Shown piece by piece: positions 48,068 through 57,554 of a stretch of 64,000 nucleotides of DNA (within the stretch, counting starts at the first letter, position 1; each line of letters opens with the position of its first letter). Where the stretch lies: positions 3,456,001-3,520,000 of the forward strand of contig OZ241917.1 of assembly GCA_965203805.1 (NCBI GenBank), written 5' to 3'. The stretch comes from Candidatus Latescibacterota bacterium. GTDB lineage: Bacteria; Latescibacterota; UBA2968; GCA-2709665. Made by a program: the position numbers and the translations under genes. Under the pieces are notes generated by a model. It was not told where the DNA came from. It did not search any database and saw only the letters and a list, made by a program, of their open reading frames with translations.

Positions 48068-48918
48068 GTCAACGTTCTCCCGGTCACCTTAACGAAGATA
48101 TCTTCCAGCGTGGTCTCCTGGGTATGCATCGTCTGAATGGACGCGGCGCTCAGGATTTCCAGAAACCCCGGATGATCCGCCAGCCCTTCCAGAGGGAATT
48201 CCGTCCGCTGCAGGCAGCCGTCCGCAAGGGTTTCCACGCACAGCGTTCGCCGGCCGTATCGCAGCTTCAACGCCCGAGGCGCGTCGACCAGCCGGATGTC
48301 GCCGTCCACGATGAACGCCACGCGATCGCAGAGTTCATCCGCCACGGCCATATCGTGGGTTGTCAGGAATACCGTGGCGCCGGCGTCACGCTGCTCCCGG
48401 ATCAGGTCCCGGATCCGGCGGCTGCTCACCGGGTCCAGGCCCGCCGTGGGCTCATCCAGAAAGAGGAGTTCCGGTTTGTTCAGCAGCGCCCGCGCGACGT
48501 TCAACCTCCCGCGCATCCCCCTGGAAAACTGCCCGACGCGTTTGTCGCCGTCTTCCCCGAGCCCGACCAGGTCCAGAAGGCGCCGCGGAGATTCCGTTTG
48601 CCCGGTGTAGAGCGTGCGGAAATAGCGGAGATTCTCCAGGGCCGTCAGTTTCAAATAGTGGTTCGGGACCTCGAACGAGACCCCGATCCGCTCGTAATAC
48701 CTGTTGTCCCAGGATCCGAGATCCCGCTCGAAGACCAGAACCCGGCCGGTGTATTCCCGAAGAAGCCCGATCAGCACTTTCTGCGCGGTGCTCTTGCCCG
48801 CCCCGTTGGGGCCGAGGAAGCCGAAAATCTCCCCCTTCTCAACCTTGAAATCAACCGAGCGCACCGCCGCCGCCGCCGCGCCCGGATAGACGTAGGTCAA
48901 TCCCTCGGCTTCAATCAT
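48064..48918 (-). CDS. ABC exporter ATPase (Rv2688c-like)
   Basis: GPNGAGKST, YYERIGVSFE.PNHY.KLT, LDEPTAGLDP, TTHDM. Confidence 0.9.
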   Translation of the reverse strand: MIEAEGLTYVYPGAAAAAVRSVDFKVEKGEIFGFLGPNGAGKSTAQKVLIGLLREYTGRVLVFERDLGSWDNRYYERIGVSFEVPNHYLKLTALENLRYFRTLYTGQTESPRRLLDLVGLGEDGDKRVGQFSRGMRGRLNVARALLNKPELLFLDEPTAGLDPVSSRRIRDLIREQRDAGATVFLTTHDMAVADELCDRVAFIVDGDIRLVDAPRALKLRYGRRTLCVETLADGCLQRTEFPLEGLADHPGFLEILSAASIQTMHTQETTLEDIFVKVTGRTLT

Positions 48919-49484
48919 GAAACGCTCGCACGACGGACTTCGGGTTCAACCTGAATACGCTCTCTCTCCGCGCCCGCTTTCGTCAGATATTTCTGAAAGA
49001 ACTCCCGTGTCGAGAGGCCGGATTCCCTGTATATCCGATGGATGTCCACCCGGTCCACGTCGTCTCCCCACGGCCAGATCCGGTCCTGTAGACAGACCAC
49101 GCCGCCGACCCCGTCGAAGGCGTCCTGAATCCACCGGCGATGCCACCAGACGAAGGGTTCCGGCAGGTGTTGAGGCGAATAAAAGCCCGCTTCGATAACC
49201 TCCTCCGGTTGCGGTGTCAAACCCTGGCTTCGAGGAACGCCGGCGAAGACTATCGAATGATTGCCTCCTTCACGCCACCTGGGGCTGGAATAGATCCCCA
49301 CCAGCCGCGTCAACTCGATTTCGATCCCGGTTTCTTCCCTGACCTCCCGGATTGCCGTTTCGGCAATGGTTTCTCCCGGCTCGCCATTCCCGCCCGGAAG
49401 GGCCCAGGCATCGCAGTCCTTCCGTTTGATCAGCAGCACATTGCCCGAAGCACTGACAACCGCGCTCGCTCCGATCGTCGGCAT
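48915..49484 (-). CDS. NUDIX hydrolase
   Basis: Nudix box GGNGEPGETIAETAIREVREETG. Confidence 0.9.
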   Translation of the reverse strand: MPTIGASAVVSASGNVLLIKRKDCDAWALPGGNGEPGETIAETAIREVREETGIEIELTRLVGIYSSPRWREGGNHSIVFAGVPRSQGLTPQPEEVIEAGFYSPQHLPEPFVWWHRRWIQDAFDGVGGVVCLQDRIWPWGDDVDRVDIHRIYRESGLSTREFFQKYLTKAGAERERIQVEPEVRRASVS

Positions 49485-49555
49485 ACTGTCTCCTTAATAA
49501 CATGCCACTCAAGACACTCCCTGACTCCACAGCCAACACAGGAGGCGTACTCCGG

Positions 49556-50347
49556 TCAATTCCGCCGGAAATGCGGATGTTGCATCACCTCCTGCTCCGC
49601 CTCTGTCATATCCAGAATATAATCGGGATACGTTACCGTATGCGCGCCCGCCCCGTACGCCTGGAATGAGGGACTGAACTTGTACAGCAGGGCCCGCCGT
49701 TGATGGTCGGCCGTCCACGGCAGCGTCCCGTGGGTCAGCGTCTCCGTAAAAATCACCACGTCGCCGGCGTTCCCGTTGACCTCCACCACGTGTTCCTGGT
49801 ATTTCTCACCCCGAGTCAACTCCCTCGGGCACGCCAGATTCGCCTTGTGGCTGCCCGGCAACACCACCACACCCCCGTCGCCCGGCCCCTCGTCCGCCAG
49901 CAGATATTCCACGACCGTCAGCCCGCAGTAGATGCGCCCGCTCTTGAAAAAATACGCCTCGGAAAGATCCGGGCGTTCCACGCCTCCCCCGTGCAGCGTA
50001 CCCCCTTCGCAGCCCCTGTCCATGGCAATCAGTCCGGGCCCGTGGTCCAGCCGGTATCCCTTGCCCAGAATCACGTGCAGATAGGGCATGACTCGGGGAT
50101 GCACGAGCATCGCCCTGAAGGGTTCACACCACGGCCTCTCCCATGCCAGCATTCCGCCCAGATCCATCCTGTTCGACGAACCGCCAAGCGCCGGCGCGCC
50201 TATCGTGAGCGACCCCTCCCTCTCCCTGAGCTGATCGGCATGGCGATCGATCGCCTCGTTGCAGCGGTCGACTTCCTCCGATGTCAGGACGTCTTTGAGC
50301 ACCAGGTACCCGTTCAGATCGAATAGATATTTCTCATCGTCGGTCAT
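49556..50347 (-). CDS. Phytanoyl-CoA dioxygenase (PhyH) family protein
   Basis: YLFDLNGYLVLKDVL, LHGGG, VLPGSHK, AGDVVIFTETLTHG, RRALLY. Confidence 0.88.
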   Translation of the reverse strand: MTDDEKYLFDLNGYLVLKDVLTSEEVDRCNEAIDRHADQLREREGSLTIGAPALGGSSNRMDLGGMLAWERPWCEPFRAMLVHPRVMPYLHVILGKGYRLDHGPGLIAMDRGCEGGTLHGGGVERPDLSEAYFFKSGRIYCGLTVVEYLLADEGPGDGGVVVLPGSHKANLACPRELTRGEKYQEHVVEVNGNAGDVVIFTETLTHGTLPWTADHQRRALLYKFSPSFQAYGAGAHTVTYPDYILDMTEAEQEVMQHPHFRRN

Positions 50348-50454
50348 GTCATCCCTCCTCGGGTTCCTTCAGTGAGACTTCAGCGCAGAGTACGCGCCTG
50401 TCAATTTACGCTGCCTGCGTGCGGCCAGGGGTTGAAATCCCCCGGCGCTCACGA

Positions 50455-50919
50455 TTATTTGTACATCTGAATCGAGAACATCCCATAACCATGCCGCTCA
50501 TAGAATCGAACCGTGCGCATCCAATCCACGTTATTCGAACCCACCATCGAGCGGTTGATTCCTTCCGACTCCGATCTCGACAGCAACGTCGCAACGAGCC
50601 GGTCTCCTACGCCCTTTTCGCGGTGGTCGGCATGGACAAAGACCTCGTGAACGTGCAGGTATCGCTCGCCCTCGGGTTTGAATATCGAATATTTCCCGAC
50701 TTTCACGACTCCCGAAGCGTACGCGATGACGACACCTTCATGCTCACCGACCAGAAAATAGCCGCCGTCAAGCCAGGACTGAAGATGCTTGTCGCCTTCC
50801 ACCAACGCGACATAGCCGATTGTACAACCTTCCTCAGCCCAGAGTTTCGACAAACCGATGACCGAACGTACATCGTCAGTTCCTGCCGGCCTGACTTTAT
50901 ATCCTGAAGCATCGCTCAC
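50455..50919 (-). CDS. GNAT acetyltransferase
   Basis: HEVFVHADHREKGVGDRL; FYERHGY. Confidence 0.82.
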   Translation of the reverse strand: MSDASGYKVRPAGTDDVRSVIGLSKLWAEEGCTIGYVALVEGDKHLQSWLDGGYFLVGEHEGVVIAYASGVVKVGKYSIFKPEGERYLHVHEVFVHADHREKGVGDRLVATLLSRSESEGINRSMVGSNNVDWMRTVRFYERHGYGMFSIQMYK

Positions 50920-51090
50920 CTTCTTCTTGTCTCCAAATCAACACACCGGGAACCGCGCATTTTCTCATCGCGCTGTCAAGCCCTCGACGTCTAAGCGGCC
51001 CGGCGGCACCTTGCCATGAATCTGCAACCCCTCGTTCGACGTGACCTTTCCCTCCGGCACTTTCGCCCCGATCGCCAATTGACATTCGCC

Positions 51091-52140
51091 CTATCGACTG
51101 ACAACGTTCTGGCGATAATCACCGTGCGAAATCAGTTCCGGCGCATAGGCGAACAGCGCGGGGTTTCCCCCGGTGTGCACGTAGACGACAGTGGATCCAG
51201 ACGGAATCTCCCCCGAACGGATGCGGTCGATCACCCCGGACATGGCCTTGCTGGTATATACAGGATCCAGAAGGATCCCCTCCGTCCGCGCCAGCAGGTG
51301 CAATGCGTCCAGGCCCGCCTCGGTTACAATCCCGTAGTTCTCGCCCACGTATGCGTCCGTGTTCTCCATTTCATCGGCCGTCATTCGAACGTCCAGCTCC
51401 ATCAGCGCCGCCGTTTCGTTGGCCACTTCGGCAAGCTGCGCCCGGCGTTGCGCCTCGTTTCCCCGGCTCGGCGAGAATCCCTGCGCGCGGACCGGCAATC
51501 CCAGCGCTTTCACACCCAACGCCAGCCCCGCGTGCGTGCCGTGACCGGATGCCGTACAGATAAAGTCTGTCTGCGCGTCCATGGCTTCCATCTGCGCAAA
51601 AATCTCCAGCGCGCACCCGACGTACGCCACCGTGCCCAGCACGACCGCCCGCCGCCCGATGAGATAGGGCACCTCTCCCTGCGCCCTGAGTTCTTCCATG
51701 ACTTCCTTCTTCACGTCCTCCTGGCTCACGCCCTCGGCAACCAGCCGGACGTCCGCGCCAAGGATATTGTCCAGAAGTTGATTTCCCTGGATGCCCATCA
51801 GGCTCCGATGATCGTGACGGTTCACCAGCACGCATTTCATTCCAAGTTTCGAGGCTGCAGCCGCCGCCTGCCGCGCGTGATTCGACTGCGAGGCCGCACC
51901 CGTCACCAGGGCCGTGGCCCCGTTCGCTACCGCGTCGCCAAGAGCGAGGCTGAACTTCCGCGTCTTGTTCCCGCCGAACGCGAGACCGGTCAGATCGTCC
52001 CGCTTCACGAGCACCCGTACTTTCCCGCCCAGCGCCTCCGAGAACCTGGGGCAATCGTGCAGCGGCGTGGGAAGTTCGGCCAGGGCCGTTTTCGGCAAAC
52101 GATCGATAACAGCCTTCAGCTCCTCAGCACTTACAGCCAT
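51091..52140 (-). CDS. D-cysteine desulfhydrase / ACC deaminase family PLP enzyme
   Basis: KRDDLTGLAFGGNKTRK, QSNHARQ, EGILLDPVYTSK, HTGG; GGAGG RBS before ATG at 52140. Confidence 0.9.
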   Translation of the reverse strand: MAVSAEELKAVIDRLPKTALAELPTPLHDCPRFSEALGGKVRVLVKRDDLTGLAFGGNKTRKFSLALGDAVANGATALVTGAASQSNHARQAAAAASKLGMKCVLVNRHDHRSLMGIQGNQLLDNILGADVRLVAEGVSQEDVKKEVMEELRAQGEVPYLIGRRAVVLGTVAYVGCALEIFAQMEAMDAQTDFICTASGHGTHAGLALGVKALGLPVRAQGFSPSRGNEAQRRAQLAEVANETAALMELDVRMTADEMENTDAYVGENYGIVTEAGLDALHLLARTEGILLDPVYTSKAMSGVIDRIRSGEIPSGSTVVYVHTGGNPALFAYAPELISHGDYRQNVVSR

Positions 52141-52362
52141 GGATTCCTCCATCCGGAATGTGGGACCGGGAGTCGCGGACCGACCCCGTTTCCCGCAATC
52201 GATGCGTGACGTTTCCACCGCAGCCGGCGGTGTTGGCAAAATGGCACAGTTTCACCGGGAAGTCAAAGAAAAAGGGTGTTGTGCGCCTGCCTTCAATTCC
52301 ATTGTGTCGGCCCCGGTCGATTTCTATATTCGGGAAACCGCAGCCCAATCATGGAGGTATGA

Positions 52363-53187
52363 ATGTCTACGTCCGACAGCAGCGTCATCGCGAAAAACAC
52401 GCAGGCCCTGGACGACGAGACCACGCGGAAGATCGTGGAACAGTTCAACCGCGACGGGTTTTATTTCATGGAGAATGTGCTCGATCCCGAGGAGGTGGAC
52501 GCACTGAGGGAGGGCATGGAGCGCAAATGGGACGATCCCCGGATCCAGGCGGACGAGGCCGGCGATCACATCCGCGGCATCAGCATGATGCGCATGTACG
52601 AGTACGACCGCAATTTCCGGGACCTGATCGAACGCGAGCCGATCGCCAGTCTGGCGGAAGCCATTCTGGGTGACGACTGCCACATGATGTCCCAGAATGC
52701 CCTGCGATACGAACCCGGCCAGGGCGGCGGATGGCACCTCGACGATCGAATCCACTTCCCGCTTCCCGACGGTGTCCCGCGCCACAATCCGGATGTCCCC
52801 GTCCCCTGCTTCGTGATGAACGTGATGATTCCGCTCAGCAGGGCCGACGCCGCGGAATACGGCGTCACCCAGGTCATTCCCGGCAGCCACTATGCCGGCC
52901 GACACCCGAATGACCGCGAGAATCCGACCTTCGAAGGCCGGAAACCGGTGTCCCTTTTCGCAAAAAAGGGCGACATATATTGGTTCCACAACCAGGTCTG
53001 GCATCGCGGTTTGCGGAACGATTCCGACCAGGTGCGTTACGTTGGCTCAATCGTCTACAGCCAGCGGATGATCGCCCAGCGCCTCTACCCGTTCATCGAT
53101 TACCGCATGCCCGACCACGTCTGGGAAGGCGCCGGTCCCCGCCTGCAGCGGCTCCTGGGCCGGCACGAAAAAGGAGCGTACGGATGA
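52363..53187 (+). CDS. PhyH family dioxygenase
   Basis: FNRDGF, WHLD (HxD), IPGSH, VWHRG. Confidence 0.88.
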   Translation: MSTSDSSVIAKNTQALDDETTRKIVEQFNRDGFYFMENVLDPEEVDALREGMERKWDDPRIQADEAGDHIRGISMMRMYEYDRNFRDLIEREPIASLAEAILGDDCHMMSQNALRYEPGQGGGWHLDDRIHFPLPDGVPRHNPDVPVPCFVMNVMIPLSRADAAEYGVTQVIPGSHYAGRHPNDRENPTFEGRKPVSLFAKKGDIYWFHNQVWHRGLRNDSDQVRYVGSIVYSQRMIAQRLYPFIDYRMPDHVWEGAGPRLQRLLGRHEKGAYG

Positions 53188-53204
53188 GGAAAAGCAGCTA
53201 TTGG

Positions 53205-53395
53205 CCATCAGCCTTTAGCTGTCAGCCAAAAGCAGAATCAAGAACAGCTCACACGAAGACACGAAGACACAAAGGAAAACCGGAAATACCTGAAAGGAGG
53301 GCAACCACAAGGGTTGCCTGCCTGCGCAGCGTACTGCGCTGCAGGCAGGCCCCTACAATCCGGAATTCAGCAATCAGCTTTCAGTCGTCAGCCAG
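53205..53395. repeat. Composite repeat R5 with an inserted 33-bp mini-element
   Basis: GGGCAACCACAAGGGTTG[CCTGCCTGC...GCAGGCAGG at 53317-53349]CCCCTACA, with TCAGC-type heptamer flanks. Confidence 0.75.
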
Positions 53396-53498
53396 AAGCA
53401 AAAGCCCACCCAATTGACGTCAGCGCCGAGACCCGTTAAATCAGTAAGCGGCGCGTCGAGGGCAAGATGCCCTCTCTCCCGGGAAACCCAGGGTCAGA

Positions 53499-54239
53499 AT
53501 GCTCGAACCCCGCGCGAATTCAAAGGTCTACCTCCACAGGGTGTTGGACGAAGATGGAGAATCGGGATACCTTGCCTGGATACCATCGTGTCTGGGCTTT
53601 GCTACATGGGGCGAGACCGAAAACGAAGTCCTTGCAAAGGTCCCCGAAAAATTGCTGGAGTACATTCGATTTCGTGAACGGTTTGGAGTGCCGTGCCCAG
53701 CGGGATCGCGGCTATCCGAAGTGGAGGTTGCCGAACGGGTCAGCGGGAACGAGATACTGTTCGACTGGGATTACCTGCCGGCAACACCCTCATTGATTGA
53801 TGAGACGATCGGTTTGCTTCATGCCACGCGTACACACCTTCTGAGTCTGGTCGCCGGGTTGTCGGACGACGCCTTGGATTGGAATCCGCCGTATCGCCGC
53901 TTTTCAACCTGGGCGAACTGGCGAACGATCCGCCAAATCCTCGTGCACATTGCAAACGCAGAAACTCACTATTACTTGCCAAATATCGGTATTCACCCTG
54001 CTGTTCCGCCCGCTGGCAGTAGGGATCCGTGGAAGCATAACTTGCGGAAACATCGAAACGTGACAACGGAAGCGTTACGGAAGTTGAAAGCAGAACAAGA
54101 CCTTTCGCGGGTTCATTTCTTTGATGCCGAGGGCGGGTGGTCCGTGGGGAAAGTCCTGCGTCGTCTGGTATGGCACGAGCGCCTTCATTTCAAGAGTATT
54201 GAACGAATAATCGGAGTCTACCAGGCGCAGGGTCAATGA
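53499..54239 (+). CDS. HicB-like N-terminal domain fused to a DinB-like domain
   Basis: YLAWIPSCLGFATWGETENEVL (HicB fold); TIRQILVHIANAE and WHERLH (DinB His triad). Confidence 0.75.
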   Translation: MLEPRANSKVYLHRVLDEDGESGYLAWIPSCLGFATWGETENEVLAKVPEKLLEYIRFRERFGVPCPAGSRLSEVEVAERVSGNEILFDWDYLPATPSLIDETIGLLHATRTHLLSLVAGLSDDALDWNPPYRRFSTWANWRTIRQILVHIANAETHYYLPNIGIHPAVPPAGSRDPWKHNLRKHRNVTTEALRKLKAEQDLSRVHFFDAEGGWSVGKVLRRLVWHERLHFKSIERIIGVYQAQGQ

Positions 54240-54298
54240 AGTATTGTCAGTGCCTGCCGCACTGCATATCACACGTCAGCGCAAAGAGGGGGCGTAGC

Positions 54299-54661
54299 GT
54301 GCCAAACGTTCAGGGAATCGGCGGTTTCTTCTTTCGGGCAAAAGACCCGGACGGACTTGCGAAATGGTACCACGATCACCTCGGCATCAATCCTGCTCCC
54401 ACGAATATGGAGATGGCGCCCTGGGTGACCGGGTCCGGGGTCACGGTTTTCTCACCCTTCGATGCCGACACGGACTATTTTGCGGCGGACAAGACTTTCA
54501 TGCTGAATTTCCGCGTGGCCGATCTGGACGCGATGATCGCACAACTGAAATCCGCGGATATCGAGGTCAGCCACGAAAGCGAGATGGAGGGTATCGGCCG
54601 CTTCGCCCGCATCCACGACCCCGAAGGAAACCCGATCGAGCTTTGGGAACCCGTGTCGTGA
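54299..54661 (+). CDS. VOC/glyoxalase family protein
   Basis: GIGGFFFRAKDPDGLAKWY, MLNFRVADLD, DPEGNPIELWEP. Confidence 0.9.
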   Translation: MPNVQGIGGFFFRAKDPDGLAKWYHDHLGINPAPTNMEMAPWVTGSGVTVFSPFDADTDYFAADKTFMLNFRVADLDAMIAQLKSADIEVSHESEMEGIGRFARIHDPEGNPIELWEPVS

Positions 54662-55066
54662 GATTTACACGTATGCTGGTGGACGCGACGGCACGCGAAT
54701 GACTCGAAACCCTCTGGGCCTCCGTTTGTGAAACCGGAATCCCTCGTAAACGAACGAGTATTCGAGAGAGCGAGGGATCACAACGGCCTCAATCCCCGGC
54801 TGACTGCCTGATCCGAAGTCAATCCGACCTATATTGGCCATTGGAGTTGCTTTTTCGGAAATCAATGCACTCATTCAAGGGGCTGCATATTTCGGCAATC
54901 TGAATTCGCCTTCGCCCTTGCCACAGTCTTCCATTGTATGTATAATTTCATTCGCCACCCGGAATGAGCTTGGTTTTGGGATAATCAACTCAGTGTGTGT
55001 ACACACGCTGTGTTATATTTGTAGTCGACTCAATGAAGCACGCACGAGGGTGAGAAGGGACCTGCC

Positions 55067-55282
55067 ATGGCGCGAAAATCACAAGCATCCAATTGCAAGA
55101 GAGTGCACGTCATCTCAAGAAGAGATCGCTGGGTCGTCAAGAAGGAAGGGAATTCCAGGGCGTCGAAAATCTACGATACCAAGTCTGCTGCCGAAAAAGG
55201 CGCCAGCGAAATATCGAATGGCAGTGATGTTGTGATCCATAGACGAGATGGAACTGTACAAAAATGGATAAAGGCTAAGTGA
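55067..55282 (+). CDS. DUF2188 domain protein
   Basis: HVI....WVVKKEGNSRAS..YDTK..A...VVIHRRDG pattern. Confidence 0.82.
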   Translation: MARKSQASNCKRVHVISRRDRWVVKKEGNSRASKIYDTKSAAEKGASEISNGSDVVIHRRDGTVQKWIKAK

Positions 55283-55896
55283 ACAGCCCGGGGAATTTCC
55301 ATTCCAACGTCTTCATCAACTGTCCCTTTGATAACGATTACACGCAGCTACTGAGACCTCTCCTGTTCAGTGCTGTTCGTGCTGGCCTGACGGTGAGAAT
55401 TGCATCGGAGACTTTTGACTCCGGAGTTGCGAGGATCCATCGAATATGTGATCTGGTACGTGAATCCAAATACAGTGTGCATGATCTGTCAAGGATGCGA
55501 GCGTCGTTCGAAGGCGAAATCCACAGGATGAATATGCCCTTCGAACTGGGTCTCGACATCGGTTGCCGGGTCTTCTCTCGCGGCTTAATGAGTCAAAAGC
55601 GATGTTTGATTTTGGAAACCGAACAGTACGAGTACCAAAAGGCGCTGTCTGATCTCTCGAACTCCGACATTAAACGCCATCGTGATGAGCCTGAAGAACT
55701 GATCCGGCAAGTCCGCAACTGGTTTGTTGAGGTCGGCATCAATGGAGTTCCGAGCGGTACCGTGATATGGGAACAATTCAACGAGTTTATGGCCACCTTC
55801 TATCATGAGAGGGAGGCCGAGGGCTTCAGGGACAAAGATCTGGAGATGATGCCTGTTCCTGAGTATGTCGGATACATAAGAGACTGGGTAGGATGA
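55279..55896 (+). CDS. Nucleoside 2-deoxyribosyltransferase/TIR-like hypothetical protein
   Basis: VFINCPFD, RI.RICDLVRESKYSVHDLS, NMPFELG, SDL...DI. Start overlaps the DUF2188 stop (GTGA). Confidence 0.72.
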   Translation: MNSPGNFHSNVFINCPFDNDYTQLLRPLLFSAVRAGLTVRIASETFDSGVARIHRICDLVRESKYSVHDLSRMRASFEGEIHRMNMPFELGLDIGCRVFSRGLMSQKRCLILETEQYEYQKALSDLSNSDIKRHRDEPEELIRQVRNWFVEVGINGVPSGTVIWEQFNEFMATFYHEREAEGFRDKDLEMMPVPEYVGYIRDWVG

Positions 55897-55925
55897 CATA
55901 ATTAAAAACCAGAAGTTGCCGTTTC

Positions 55926-55962
55926 AACCTCTTGTGAGATTTCGCACGAGGTTTTCGTTTAT
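55926..55962 (+). terminator. Putative rho-independent terminator
   Basis: AACCTCTTGTG...CGCACGAGGTT stem followed by a T-rich tail. Confidence 0.5.
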
Positions 55963-56118
55963 TCGGGTAGAGCCATCTGTGCCTGCATTAGTGAGACAGC
56001 TGTACTCCGCAAATAGGTGAGCAATCGAAGGAGTGAAGGAACAGAGGTTTATCCAACCAACATCGCCATTCGGAGTTATATTTCCGGAAAACGCGCACTC
56101 ACTCAGGGAACTGAATAG

Positions 56119-56358
56119 ATGACAGACTTGCTTCAGCAGGCAATTTCAGAAACTCAGAAGCTGCCGCCAGACAAGCAGGATGCCATTGCCGCACGTATTC
56201 TATTCGAACTTAAGGATGAACAGCTTTGGAAAGCACGTTTTGATGCCACAACCGATGAACAGTGGGATCGATTGACCCAAGCGGCAAGAACAGGAATTGC
56301 CACAAGCGAAACGATCGCATTTGATGATGTTTTTCCAGTTGATCCATCTCAGCAATGA
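56119..56358 (+). CDS. Putative antitoxin (addiction-module type) with no adjacent toxin
   Basis: MT.LLQQAI....KLP...QDAIAARIL.EL.DE..W..RF pattern, usually found upstream of RelE-like toxins. Confidence 0.7.
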   Translation: MTDLLQQAISETQKLPPDKQDAIAARILFELKDEQLWKARFDATTDEQWDRLTQAARTGIATSETIAFDDVFPVDPSQQ

Positions 56359-56384
56359 CGTTCAGTTTAACGAAAGGAATCACC

Positions 56385-57455
56385 ATGAAGAAATCCGATC
56401 CGTATGAAAAGGGCCTCGCGGCCGGTGAAGCGGCCGCATCCGCCTCTGGAGGCGGGTCACAGTCATCGCCGAACGGCGGGCGCATGTACGTGCGCACCCA
56501 GAGTTTCGGGTCCACCGATGCGGAATTGCGCTTTCTACAGCGCTGCGGCGTGCGCCACAAAGCCGTCGTCTTTCCGTTCCACGAAGACCGTGGCTGGGAC
56601 CTCGACGAGCTGGTCCAGGTACGGGAGCGCCACGAGGCCTTCGGGATCACGCTGGATATGAGCTCGCTGCCCATATACGAGCGTTTTCCCAACATCATCT
56701 ATTATGGCAAGAGCCCGGAGCGCGACAGGGAGATCGACATCGTATGCGAGATGATCCGGACCGCTTCGCGCGCGGGCATCGACTCGCTGCGATACAACAC
56801 GTGCGTACTGCCCATCGACCGCACCGAACCGGAAGAAGGCCGCGGCGGGTTCTACCATACCGCGTTCCGCCTGGAGAAAATCCCGGCGGAAGACAAGGCC
56901 AGGCTGACCGAGGCCGGGCGCGTCACGGCCGACATGTACTGGGAAAGAATCGAGTATTTGCTGGAACGCATGATTCCGGTGGCGGAAGAATTCAAGGTTC
57001 GAATGGGCAATTCCCAGGAGGACCCCGCCACACCCCCCGGCTACCGGGGCGTTGACAAGGTCCTCAATGACTTCGAGGGCATGAAGCGTTTCATCGAGAT
57101 AAAGCGCGGTCCGTATCACGGCTGGAACTTCTGCGTGGGCTCCGTCGCCGAAGGGCTCAAAGACCCGGCCAGTGAAATCTACCCCATCATCGAGTACTTC
57201 GGCAGCCGGAATACGATCTTCCTGGTCCACTACCGCAACATCATCGGGGGCCAGTACAGCTTCCGCGAGTCTCTGCCCGATGAAGGCGACATGGACTTCC
57301 ACCTCGTCTTGAAGGCGCTGAAGGACACGGGCTACCGTTACGGCATCGATCCCGACCACGTCCCGTGGACCGACGACGACCCGAACCGCTCCTACCAGTC
57401 CTACGCCTACTGCTTCGGCTACATCAACGCCATGATCCAGGCGGTGTATGGGTAG
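56385..57455 (+). CDS. uxuA: Mannonate dehydratase family protein
   Basis: ERDREI...IRTASRAGI, YWERIEYLLERMIPVAEE, NFCVGS, VHYRN, PDEGDMD, DPDHVP. Confidence 0.8.
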   Translation: MKKSDPYEKGLAAGEAAASASGGGSQSSPNGGRMYVRTQSFGSTDAELRFLQRCGVRHKAVVFPFHEDRGWDLDELVQVRERHEAFGITLDMSSLPIYERFPNIIYYGKSPERDREIDIVCEMIRTASRAGIDSLRYNTCVLPIDRTEPEEGRGGFYHTAFRLEKIPAEDKARLTEAGRVTADMYWERIEYLLERMIPVAEEFKVRMGNSQEDPATPPGYRGVDKVLNDFEGMKRFIEIKRGPYHGWNFCVGSVAEGLKDPASEIYPIIEYFGSRNTIFLVHYRNIIGGQYSFRESLPDEGDMDFHLVLKALKDTGYRYGIDPDHVPWTDDDPNRSYQSYAYCFGYINAMIQAVYG

Positions 57456-57554
57456 CACAGATGAATGTGGACCCTCCACCTTGCCACGGAACTGCTCCCC
57501 GCCATTCCTTCCGGTCCGGACAACCGAACCGGCGCGCGGGCAAAGGACAACAAC

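Noticed and set aside
54665-54874. 69-aa minus-strand ORF in the lower-GC patch
   Set aside because: No recognisable family or RBS; it could be a remnant but this is unsupported.
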